Of a DNA stretch of 64,000 nt, positions 12,059-24,399 are shown one piece after another. The notes beneath the pieces are model-generated. The model made no database searches. It was not told the origin of the DNA and worked only from the letters and a program-made list of their open reading frames with translations. Position numbers and translations under genes: made by a program. Within the stretch, counting starts at the first letter, position 1. Each line of letters opens with the position of its first letter. Where the stretch lies: the NCBI GenBank assembly GCA_977030845.1, contig OZ365112.1, forward strand, positions 19,220,001 through 19,284,000, read 5' to 3'. Source of the DNA: Fimbriosthenelais zetlandica (taxonomy: Eukaryota).

Positions 12059-14399
12059 GTCTGCAGGTAGCAGCTTGGGCCCAGCACTGGTAGGACACCT
12101 AGTGGTGGGATGGTCACCATGGACTAGCAGCTACAACATGCTATGCGACACCTCCTGGGCTGAATCAGAAGCCTTATCAACAGGACCCTGGACAGAGCCT
12201 TCCTCAGGCAGTGAGAGAAAGATGGAGAAAAGAATGACAGTCCGACAAGCCATTCAGATGCGGTCTTTAAGCTCTCTATAAATGGTCAAAGATCTACTCG
12301 TGAAAAGATCAGAGAATATGCGTTGAGACCCCGAGTATTATGCGATAAAATCTCTTTAGGGTTTAATTTCCGTTTCTAGCAATAAAGCTCCTTCAAAAGG
12401 AGCTTGTGCTATATAACTGCTTAGGATGATTATCTAAGTGGGACACCAAATAAGTCTGGCCTGCCAAATAGAATAATATTATTCTCTTTTTCTCTTCAAC
12501 AAACTTTGCATCTTTTTCATTTGAAAGTGGCCTGCATGGGAAAGAAAAACGACTAAATGATGTGTGTATGGGAGAATAATAAAGAATCTTAAAGTGAGGA
12601 GATAACGCTGAGATATCAGACCTGTCAGATATCTAGCCTTGGATGACATGTCCCGTTCCCAGTCTGATGGGTCAGGACATGAGATACTGATCCAGGTCTA
12701 ATCTGGCCAATGATTTGCCTATTGAGGAACTCTAGCGACGAACTCAGGAAAGATTCTGGGACAAGAAATCTTGAGCCCCAATCTTAGGTAGCCTTAAAAT
12801 TTTAACCGTTTCAGACGACCATTTATTAGCATAATTTTCGTCCTAAAGCCTTCTATCCTTCTATTACGTTCCATGTAAGAATGCAAGAGAAAATGCAAGA
12901 GAATATCTATAGAAACGATAAAATAAATGTCTAAAATGAATTAATTTGGTTACATGTCTAGTTGTCAGACCAAAAGAAGTGTTTAAAATCAAAATTGAAT
13001 TAAATTGAATCAGTTGTTCAAGAGCATCATGACAAAACACACACATTTCGCAGAAACATCCCAATGTAAATACAAATCTCAGCCTCATCAATATTTCCAT
13101 GTGGGCGCTGAAGTCACACCAGATTAAGTTTAATTTTGACCGTGGTACAGGCAAAATAACCACGTCATTGAATTGAGGATTTGGAATAATATTAGTTTAA
13201 CTTTTTCACTCTCCCACGGTCATGTTTCCAAATGCTGGGATGGTGGGGAGCTGCTCATGTTTGGCCAATGCGTGCATGCTCCGATCGGAAAGCATCACGC
13301 TCTGCGGCTGCTGGGTTAGCCATGTTTACCGACCTAACGTAGGCCACCTCTGTGTTATGCTCTTGACGTGTCAACATGGGTAATTGCTCAGCTAAATTCA
13401 CAGTGGCTATCACAATATTCTGTTTACTACTGTAATATAACCAGCTGCCCTGATGAAATTGAAAACGGCGGGCCGACAAACTGATTTGTCCATAGCTGCT
13501 CTGCATATGCTCAAGGAAGAGCAACCCTTTAACAAAGTATTTCACAACGGGTAGGTGGGAGGAAAGGATGACAGTAACTGGGAAATATTCACCTGAAAAA
13601 TGTTCTTCTTACATAGTCGGGAGGAAAAAAGATGTAAACTTCTATGCCTAGAAATGCAGTAATGGAAATATGTTGAGGCGTGAGAAGAAGACAGTGAAAA
13701 CTATATCTAAAGTGCCATGAGCACCTAACTGTATAATCGGTGTTGTGAAATCTACGTATACGCCGTTTGCTTTGAGGTGTTTTTATACATTGCCAGCTCA
13801 GGGTCTCTGCTTTTTTAACCTCCTAACCTCTATCTGTATTTCTTCCTCTCTTGACTAAACATACCCAGTGTGAAAGATGTGTATCCCAAAGCCACTGGCA
13901 AAATGCAAGTTCTTGTATTTCATTCTGGAGCCTGTAAACCCAAATGATATTTCAATCTCTGCCCTAGAAAGATGTCTTTCTTGCCCCATAAAAAGGTAAT
14001 GGTTACAAGATACCATGTATCATAGTGTGTTCGCAATGACTAATTGAAGACACTTCAGTCAACTATTCCTTTAAAAATATGAGAAGGAAGGATTTGATAA
14101 CTTCTTAATCAAGACGGACAGATTTGCCAAAATGACGGAAATTCAATGTACGGCAAATGAGTTTGACCTTTTGTTGAGAATATACAAGGTGAATGTTAAC
14201 AAGTTTTTTTGCACCTTCCTCAAAGACCTCTCTATGGTCTGAAGTTTTGAAGAGGTATAATAGGTTGGAATCATATCCAATAACTTCGCTTCAGAACCTT
14301 CAGAGTCTGTCTAAAAAGCTAACCATTACGAGGTCTCCTCAAGTCAAACCTTTCAGCTGAATTTCCGTTGATAGACTGTTGCTGCCCAAAACACTAACC

Positions 14400-15600
14400 A
14401 AGAAAATGAGTTGGTGGTTAACTCAATGAAATTCCATCTTCCCAAATCTCCTTTAAGCATGAGTTAGTGAGCAATTTTCTAATACACAGATGCGCTAAAA
14501 CAGTTCTCTACCCTTTATCAGAGGATAGGATCTTATAGAAAATGTCAATTTTCGCTGTCTGTTTCATAATTGTTAACAGAATTTATTGGTGAACGAATCA
14601 AAAACTACACAACGGGCCACCGATTGTGTGTTTTCTGTGCAAAGTTGTTTGAAAGGGTCCAACAATGGGTCACAATTATTAAGAATATATTGATCCTACA
14701 TCAATCAAACACAGGAAGCAAACCAATGCTTAAAGTATGTGGAGTCGTGAAAACCCTATTATAATTGATTTGATATGACTTGAAACAGTGTCAAGTGTTA
14801 AGCAAAGGCTGTCAATATTCATGTCCCAACTGTTTGGTTTGTGGCTAACATAAACAGAGCATTAATCACAGTGGTTGGCGATTATATCCCTTCTCTACCT
14901 TAGTGACACAGCATTGTCAGCCAGTATTGGTGCATCTAGTATTTGGCTCGTTAACTTGAACAGCTGTTGAAGGCCCTCGAGAATGTGTGTCAGTGACTCG
15001 GCCCTAATACATCATCACCTGTGAGACTCCCACCTTGCTCCTGTCTGTTCTTCACAGACGTTATCGAGAATGGTCTATTATAGGGACTAGAAACTGAGTT
15101 CTAAGCAAAAGAAAAAGAAAAAAACAAGATGATGCAGAATGTGAAACACTACCCTTTGAGAGCATTCTAGGCTCTCTGATGAGGACACTGTTAAATGCTA
15201 AAAGTTTGGTTCCGTTTGACTATTATAGATTTGATGAAATATCGTCAGTGTGAGAGTGGCTGTTTCTGGTGTCCTTCAATGTGTGAACAGATATAAATCA
15301 ACAGTGGCTTAACCACAATTGTGTAATCACAATCGGGATGTCCATTAATCGAATAAGAACCAGCAGTGGCAGCTGGAAAGAGCCCTCACCGTCACCAAGG
15401 GCATAAATTTAGTGAAGCCTTCGAGTGCAGGAAAAACAGGATGTGACAATGTAGACAGGAGAATTTGTGACTGAGGCTCCAAGAAAACCTTCCAACAAAT
15501 CAACTTTGCAAACATGTACATTATGGTTTGGTTTTGGCTGCAATGACTTAATTCAACCACTAAAGAAACTCCCCTGACTACAATATCCCAGTATCCTGAA
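14400..15600 (+). mobile_element. CR1/L2-type LINE RT remnant
   Basis: KSP 14444, KNY...CAKLFERV in ORF 14570-14764, SK(A) ~14800, YLSD 14896-14907, PRECV/LGP (for PQGSVLGP) 14975-15005, DD ~15130, HVHYG ~15515. Confidence 0.5.
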
Positions 15601-16124
15601 GTATACTGCTTTGGTTCTTTGTTGCCTCCTGACTTAAACCTTACTGCTGACAAGGCCTACCAGATGGAACCTGGCCTTGGCTGACTGAAGAAGAGAGTGG
15701 GGCCCTATAATGACATTGTGTTAGTGATATGCTAGGGTGACTGTTTGAATCTGTCCTCGGAAACTATCCGATGATGGACGAGACTGGCAAACAATCAGAT
15801 CCTGGTGGCATGCTGAGGCTCCCTGCCCAGAATGTCAGACTGCTGGTAGTATACCCTCAACTTACTACCACCATCCATACTCTGTATAAAACCTATAATA
15901 TTCACCCATGTAGAAACTCAAATACATATATATATTTATCATTTTAAAATAACATAATAATATAGATACAGACATAGATACATTGGGATTCTATAGATTA
16001 TTTTACAAATATAATCAATTGGGAGTTCCAGTTCAAAATCTGAAAAGGAACTTTCAAACATTGTATGTACCCAGTTCTAGTATACCAAACATTGGAAATG
16101 AACACTTGATGACGAAACTCACTT

Positions 16125-16225
16125 AGGTCAACCACATGCACACACTCCACAACCACCACATCCACATCACTCATCCACCCAAGCATATCCACCCGCTCCC
16201 AAACTCCTACATCCACTCAACCTTA
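16125..16225 (+). repeat. C/A-rich low-complexity tract
   Basis: Degenerate ACC/CAC/ATCC run with almost no G. Confidence 0.6.
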
Positions 16226-16799
16226 AAGACAAAACACCAAAAATCCATAACAAGGTGAATGTCCATGCAAAACCCTGCACTTGTAAATACTCCTCCCAAT
16301 CTCATTAATAGAGAAATGATGCCAGCTTTCCTAATCATGAAGCCATAACTTCGGTCCACAAATGATTTAAATTACAAATTCCAATTTAAGAATGCCTCAG
16401 ATTAATGAGTTCCCCTTCAGCAAATCTTGCTGTTTTGGAACCGCAAAATAATACAATTTAAAAGACTCGGGTGAAGTAACCCTGATCTAACAAACTTTAT
16501 CATCCAGTTAGATCATGGACTGCACTTCAAAGACTAATGTACTGGTAGCTTTTCGTGACTTGAATGAATGGTCCACTTCAAATATCAAGCAGAAATAAAC
16601 AAAATGAATGATAAACTAAGAAAGTGTCGCTAAAAAGTGATTTTGACATGTCGTTGACACCACAGATTTCCCCAATCCCGCGTCTTAGATAAGTTATACC
16701 TGTGTAAAGTGGCTTCAGCCTTATAGAATTCATTATAATGTAAGGCCACACCTTCGGGCTATATTACAGCCCAGCACTCCCAATGGAGCAACTCAGGCC

Positions 16800-17100
16800 G
16801 AAGAAAGAGTTGCTCATAGTACTGCGAGTAGCTCATAAAGGCGGCAGTCTTTGTGCTCTAAATGATTTCCACTGAGGCATGTGGTAATCTCCAGCTGTTA
16901 CTAGTGTATCTATCCAAGATCCATGAATTTCTGCCGGATATATTGTCACTCCATATTTCACAGACACTATAGACAATGTAGAATTTACCAAAGGGCTATC
17001 AAGTGAAGACAGTTGATAAAGCAGAATTGAAACTTGCCTTATTGTATATCTAAGATCTATTCTTAGAATGAATAAAACCAAATAAACGAATTATCTATTA
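16800..17100 (-). mobile_element. Possible CR1-type endonuclease fragment
   Basis: LVTAGDYHMPQW in ORF 16833-17081 resembles the CR1 endonuclease motif IMGDFN.P.I.W. Single motif only. Confidence 0.25.
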
Positions 17101-17799
17101 GAATTCATAAGCAGTAAAAATGATTTACTAGAATACTCAAGTCAATTTTCTATATGAATATTCAAAAGGAGACATGAGACGAGATCTTATTAAAAAGTTC
17201 TTCTAATCTTCGGAGTTCTGGAAACACCATCATTTGCTTTGAAAAAACAAGCAACAGTAAATCACTACCGTCTCCTAACTAGATTGGCCTTATTTGCCAT
17301 GAGGTCTCGCGTTGGGAGCCCCGTTAATCAGAAGGTGAGTCAATGTAAGTTTGTACTTACTCTTGCACATGATCCTGACTCTCATCAATCCCTATTAAAT
17401 CACTCCTACTGCCTTTAGCACTTCCCCGCATGAATCCTCCGAGAATTTTCATCATTTTGAGCAGTGAATGGGCAAGAGATCCACCAATGTCTGCTAGGAT
17501 TCCTTCCAGGGTCAGCCATTACTGTGGTCTTTCCAACACGCCCCTGTCTTGCCCAACCAAACGCATAATGCGGGCCTTGAAGAAGGCCAGTGAGCAGCTC
17601 CATAACAATGACTGGCTCAATGTTGGGCGTGCTTCTCGGCTCTCACTTAGAGCAAAGCTGAAGCATTCTGGTATCTTGTGGACAGAGAACTCTGGACCAG
17701 ATTGTTCCCTTCCACTGAGAAAGGCAGATTGGGACAGACAGGGACAGAGAGAAAGACAGGAAAGTAATAACAGTAAGGGTTGTTGACAGAGGCAGCAAG

Positions 17800-18620
17800 G
17801 CAGGTCTAGAGATTCATTTACTTCTAGTTTAAATAATCAAGCTACAATCTTCTGTTTGCTGATGGTAATTCAAAGTTATCTGATCAGCAGCGTCAACAAG
17901 GCTTTTGTTGAAAGAGCTGGAGTAATTGTTTCTGTATATATCATTTCTACGATATGCCTGCTGCATGTTCCCATCATCTCTGCTTTGTGCACCTTGGCGA
18001 TTTTTCGGTTGTAATTCTGTCTCACAACGGAGGAATCGTACACGCAAATGTATTTGATATCAACTAAATCAGAAAAAGAACCAACTGAAAAGTGGTGCAT
18101 TGTGCTTCCCAGGAAAAAATGGCAAGCTAGTAGTAACTGATGTTTCCAAAAGTTACTTCACTTCAGGAAAAGTTCGGAAAAACATTGTCGGCTTAGAAAT
18201 ATGACATAGCCACAAATATGAACGGACACCCACTTATGATTGGGCAGCAAATCCCTCACGCTTGGCACTTCCTATACAGGCAGATGCTTCTTTTGCAGCA
18301 GTATCAAAAAGGCATGGCCTTATAATGTAAAAGCCAGTACCAGTCTTCTATAGAATTGACTTTAAATCCATTCACTAAGCCATAGATAACATTATGCACC
18401 GTTTGTAATGCTAGGTCAAACATGGCCAACATGGATGTGCATTAAAACAGTCAATAAAGCGAGGAATCGCCTGAACCTTGTTATTGTTGGAACAGCAGAA
18501 AAAGAGTCCAGCAAGCACACAAGTCTGATGGTCCTCCCACCCTTCTCACTCCAGTCAGCTATAAATAATTGTGTACTACAAACATGAGAAAACCACAGCT
18601 ATCTCAAATACTGTGTCTTG
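17800..18620 (-). mobile_element. L2-type LINE RT 3' remnant
   Basis: Minus strand: LWFS ~18595, VP/QGS ~18485, NGFKVN (for N.LKLN) ~18370, VRDL ~18258, then DIKYICVY and ETITPAL (for DYCN and HITP.L) in ORF 17876-18100. Confidence 0.45.
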
Positions 18621-19449
18621 TCAAGGGTGACGCGTCATTGAAAAAATGAAGCTCATGTTCTGATTTACCATTCAATGAAATCTTATAATAATTAATATGG
18701 CATAGTTTGACTATTTGTGTAGAATCTTTCAAGGAACCACTGCAGGAATAATTAGAATGTTTTATACATCTTCTATGCACAAATAATTCTGTACAGAGTC
18801 ATTTGGATTAAGTCATATATATCAAACCAATTAAAAAAACGTTTCAGGATGGAGAGTCGTCTACCCATGACAAATTATGCATGAATTCTTCAAGACATAC
18901 TTTCTGCTGAAGCTGAGGATATGCTATATGATATCAGAGTTCTTATCTGCTTTTGAATGTTGGTATGTACGATACAGATGAAGATAGGCATTCCTTTAGG
19001 ACGACAAGAGGCTAGCTATACATGAGCGATGGGCTCAGATAATTAAGTTAAAAACAATCACAGTCAACTTAGCTGCATAGTACATATGAGTCTGACTATA
19101 AGTCAAATAAAAGTGAGGCCCACTATGGACAAAGCCAGTCACTGTGATAGCCATATACTGTGTGTTGGCATTGTTCTGGTAGCCACCCCCTGAATACTAA
19201 ATATGTTTTGCTCTGGCATCAAATGAATCCATACCAGAATGGCACCAATCTAATTGGCATGTCCCATTGGTGATGTAAGCAGGATATGAACAGAGGATCG
19301 TAAATCATCCTTCTCCATGCTGCCACTGGGCAGACCGCAACACTGCACGGGAAACGACCTTCATATTAGGGTCAGTCAATTGTACTGTCCCCAGAGGACT
19401 TTATCATTTGGTCCAAATATTGGTTTTATATCTGAAATATCTCCATATT

Positions 19450-22300
19450 AGGATATTCCATCATCCCTGAAAGTGTAATGGGAACATGGGGGGTTTTGAT
19501 AGGAATTTTACTTCAAAGAAATGATGTCAGTCAAATAAATGGTCTAGTAGGCATTAGTAAAATACATTTCATATCATCTTGATCTATTCATATCACGCTA
19601 AGACTTCATCAAAACATTGTCTTTAGGGTTTTGTGGTCGAATTTCTGGAGATTGTTAGGTTTAGGATTCGTGATATATGTAGCAGTTAGTGAAATCCATG
19701 AAATGCTAATCATTAATTGGAATGATTTGTGTTCTCCCTCCAAACGATTAATGAGGCTGGGTTATCAACGCAATACAGCCTTATATAAAATCAATCATTA
19801 TATCTAATCTTAGTCTACATTGCCTATGAGGATTAATTGAAATCGGTGGGATCCCTTATAAACAAAGTATATTAGATTTTCCAAACATTAAAATGGAGTG
19901 TCACGTAAAAGAATAATCAACATAATACTTGTACTCACCCTCTGGATATTTCCAAGCAAGCAACAAAAAATAAGATACAAGTGAACATTAGGAATCATGT
20001 GTTGATAACAATAATTCAAATGTAACAGTGCAAAGTGCAGTAACATAAATTGCAGGGAGGCAGCAGTCCAGAAACAAAATGGTTTCCAAAAAAAGAGAAA
20101 TTATCAAGCAACGTTTGATAATTATATTGCCTCGCCTACCTTTTGTTATGGCACTGATCACCTTGCCCAATGTTAACAAAAAGTCTAGAAATAAACCGAA
20201 ACAGGTTGTGCAACATATTTCAGTATTTCACTTATTATTTACGTGAGAAACAGTAAAAGATACATGCCAGATCAATCAGAACTTTTTTTCCAATCAGGGG
20301 CCAGTTTCAGGGCAAAAATTCCCCATAGACTTAGCATTGCTAATGGTTGTTCTGAAACAGCCCCAGATAACTGCAAAATGTTAGACACATGTCCCAGAAG
20401 ATAAAAATTTACTTCCAAATATCTTTATCGTAACAAACTTATGCAGTATTCTCTTTTCATGTGATATTGACTGAAACACTGACCGGACAAACAATGTTCT
20501 ATGATCTGTGAAGGGGCATACAAAGTAGATTAGTGCTATGTATTGTTTGATGGTCCATTGGAAAACCATCAAACATTCACAAACATTGTTTGTTCAGTCT
20601 GACGGGTTTCCGGCATGATACAGAATACTTCATGAATGAAATGAACCTGCAAAGGAATAATCGTGTATACAGATACAACAAATTAACTGTATAATTATGA
20701 GAAAAAAGGTCGTACAGAAATACAGAAAATGATTTTAGCTGTTCTTTATAATTACTTAATCTTTGGAGGATAAAAGCATATGATATCGATCAAATAAGGG
20801 CGTTGTTGCTTTTGGATAGTTGTATTGATTCTAGTTTATGAACCATAACCCTTTCACGAATCTAACAGTAGCACCAAGGGTCTTTTTAAATTCATTGGAA
20901 TGTAGCATGTCTAGATGCCATTGATCCATAGACATTTTTTTCATTTATTTGGGGTCATAAACAAATGCTTAGTGATAATTGGTGCAAATTTTTGTCATTT
21001 TAGTCTTGGGGTCTTCCATATTTGTGCCCAAATGTAGCAGGTCGATTTATCTTGTCCTTTTTTCTATATCGCATGATGGCAGGTATTTCAGTATCAATTA
21101 TAAAGTGTGAATGAAAATCATGATCAATCATGAATAACCTTAGTACACCAATGAAAAAGAACCCAAGTGATTTATTACAACGAGTATATACCTGGCAGAC
21201 AGTGCAATATAATATAATGACGATACTTATAAAATGATAGGATGTTTATAATTGATATTGATGTAAATAAAAAGAGGAAGGATGCTCCGTTGCTTTCTAT
21301 GGTATATAAATGCCTATGTATGCGCCATCAGGTCTGTTAACAGGCAGCAGGCTATGAAGAGCATAATTATGGTCAGGTTGGAGGCTGCCTCATAATCACA
21401 GGTTATTGATAATGTAAATGATATGACTCTAAAAATACCTCCATGTTATTTTCACACATACGCTGATTTATATCTCTTAGAGCGAGGCCCAATCCCAGGT
21501 TAATTAATTGGCTCCGCCCTCTAATAACCCCAGATGTCTATCAATCATATTCAGGTCCCTTTGCTACCTTTTTTCAGCTTCTACAAGCCCCTTACATGAA
21601 TAACACTGATTAGGGTATTGGTCTAGAATTCACAATTAAAAGATGATAGACAGCTCTTCTATGAGGACAGAGAAAAAGATTCTTTGGAATAAACCCATGT
21701 ATAATAATCAGGGAATTAGGTCCAAGATCTTACGCTCCACTTCCATCAGATAATATGGGGAGGCAAATCAGGGCTATGATATTTTACTTGACCTGGAGAT
21801 GGTGCTGCCAAATTTACACAAGAGGAACATTCAAGTATAGAATATTATGGTATAAAAACAACGCTGAGTTTCTCTAGTTTGTACTCATTTTCTTCCTGCG
21901 ACATTCCCTAATTCCTAAAGAGAGACATGCCATGGTTCTTTAGGAAGGGTGGACACTCGTCATGGAGATTACAAATGAGTGCAGAAGATCATTTAGGGAA
22001 TCATTTGGGCCACCCTCAAGGAGCAGTATTATTCAGATCTTCTGCCATCAAGTGTAGGCCTACAACTAACATTGTCTCCATTTGGGAAATTCCTAAATTT
22101 TCCCACAAAGAACCACAATCAGCACAAAGAACCAGTGTCGGCACAAAGAACCACTGACGGCACTGCCGGTGTCCCCCTGGCAGAGTTGATTTTCCGCGTT
22201 GGGAGCGTGGCATATAAAGCGATACATATTTCATTACAGGACCGCTCTTGCATGGGACATCCACTAGAGTATATGTCAGAACTTCTGGAATGGAGACTGC
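19450..22300 (+). mobile_element. Decayed L1-clade LINE ORF2 (EN-RT)
   Basis: IGG ~19845, NYKV*MKIM (for DYKILAKIL) 21096-21122, IPGRQ 21188-21202, LERG 21477-21488, LFYED (for LYADD) 21654-21668, SGL 21768, FKY 21830. Order and spacing match L1 RT. Ends approximate. Confidence 0.65.
22104..22160 (+). repeat. Short minisatellite, period 19
   Basis: CACAAAGAACCA at 22104, 22123 and 22142, each followed by a different 7 nt segment (CAATCAG, GTGTCGG, CTGACGG). Confidence 0.9.
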
Positions 22301-24399
22301 GCTATAAAATACCAGTAACCATTATTTACGGATATTTACAATAGCCCATGAATGCGAACTGCCTTGTAAAAATCCTGCTTGTGGTATTATGAGACTGATA
22401 TATCCATCTTTAGAAATGTACCATTACTCCCTTAGAACTTTTGTCATTAATATCACTTACATGACAGACAGAAAACCCTTTGCTTTAGCTATAGAGGCAA
22501 AGGCCCAATATGCTTTCAAGTGTTCGGGTCTGTTCTTATACCTGTTGTTGAGCCTGCCAGATCAGTAAGGAAATTAGGCCTATTTGTATTGGCGGTTTTA
22601 CGGAAGTAAAAAGGTTCGACTAAATACGCTATATCTCCATTGGCTTTTTACAGACTTTGCTTGATAATTATAAAACCATTAAATCTATAAACAGGGTAAT
22701 GTTTAACGTCATAACAACTTTTAAAGGATTATGTTCTTTTCTCATGTACGACTCACATATCATGATGATGACGAAGGAGATCGTCCAGCTGACTGCCATA
22801 TTCATCTAAGCAGTGTCTGTTAATGATAAGTTCCATGTCACTTGTACCACAGGTATCTTCCATGATAGGTGTCAGGCCTTTATAGCGGTGTTTTTTATTA
22901 TCTGTTCTGCCTCGTCCGGCCCGTCCACGCCCAGATAGGCTACCGCGGCCCTCATGTGACTCTGCCATGATTGATATCTCCAAAATAGAGTATATAAAAA
23001 GCTTTCCACACTTATTTGTTACTTCCTTTAAAAAGCATATCCACGCTGCATGGATAACAAGGTAGGAAAAGTTTTCGGGGTGTTTTCGGTATCAGACCGA
23101 CATGATCAACTTATTCCTTGTGAAGAAAGTCTCCACTATTCCCATAAAAAGTGTGATCAGTGAAGATGAATAATGGGGGATTGTTGTAAAAGTTTATGTC
23201 CCATGTTAGGTATTTGTAAGAAGAATGGGTCTTCACGGCTTTTGTTCTCCTTGTTTAAAAGCTGCTTATCTGGTAATATGAGGATTGATATATCCAATAA
23301 TTCATTGTGGTGAGTGATGTCCTATTGGAGACATGTTGAGTCCTTGTTGTTAAGCCTCTCAGATAAGCCTGCTTTGGCCTTCCTGCTTGCACTGCTTCCT
23401 TGACTGTGGCAGGGAATGCCTCTGCTTTTAGAGCACGTGCAGCAGTAAGGTGGCCTTCACCACCCTAATATCCCATCAGCATCCTTTCCAGCTGCTTCCC
23501 TCTTTTTCTTCTTCACTCTGTTTTGTCATTCGGTGACCAGTAAGCTTAACTGACCCCAAAAAACTCAGCAAGCACCTAAGTTATGATAGATATATCCGAT
23601 TGATAACTTTCTCGGCTCAAAAGAGATTCTTTGCCGAGTCCTTGGCTCAAGTTGGAAATGATCAAAGCAGCTCATTCACAGCCAGCCAACAAGAGGCGGA
23701 GTCAATAGTCATCTTGCGGTGTGTTGAGTCCGTATCCCAATGTTAGCAGCGGAAACATCCCATGTCCGTTGGCGCGGATCCTCAATATTGTTTGCTCCCG
23801 ATGATCTGCCAATTACGTCGCATGGCGCGCCTGCACGGACAGAAACCATCGGCAAGGATGGTAGAGGTAGGGTTGGAATGCGGGATAGCAAATTAGAGCA
23901 ATGAGCGATGGTTGATATGCTTACCTTGCTGTCACACTATCCGGATATGCCTCAAAGAGGCCTGATGGGATGCAGACAATAAGTTGATCATGTCCATCTT
24001 GAGCCGAGCTAACTAGATTTATCTAGGTAGCGATAGTTTGCTCATTCGCAATGCTCAGGTGCTCTTCAAACCACTCAATGATATTATACTGTAATAAGTG
24101 GATTTCCTCCTCTTACACCTATAAATTCTATATGTGTGGACTATAGCAGGGTAGAAATATATGGCACACCACTCAGAGCTGTGATTGATTAAGCAGATAT
24201 AGATTGATTATTTGTAATGGTTGCATTAGTGCAAACAACTGGATTGTCCCTTTGTGTATTTTGGTATTGGGTGTTTCCGATGCTTCCCTCGCGTTCGTTA
24301 AGCTTAGTATGGCCTATTTGAACTTGTAACTTGTGGGGTAGAGACCTCGGCAATAACAGGCTATGCTTATATAAATTGAAGTGTGGGTGTTGGTTTCCT

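Noticed and set aside
20381-20572. Minus-strand RT-like motif (RSVFQSISH..ILHKF)
   Set aside because: It overlaps a better supported plus-strand L1 ORF2 and has no flanking motifs in order; probably chance.
20544-20575. 11 bp perfect hairpin (TGTTTGATGGT/ACCATCAAACA)
   Set aside because: About chance level for a 64 kb window, too short for a pre-miRNA, and no other support.
22104-22160. CRISPR array
   Set aside because: 12 bp repeats and 7 bp spacers are far too short, there are only three units, no cas genes, and the context is vertebrate-like.
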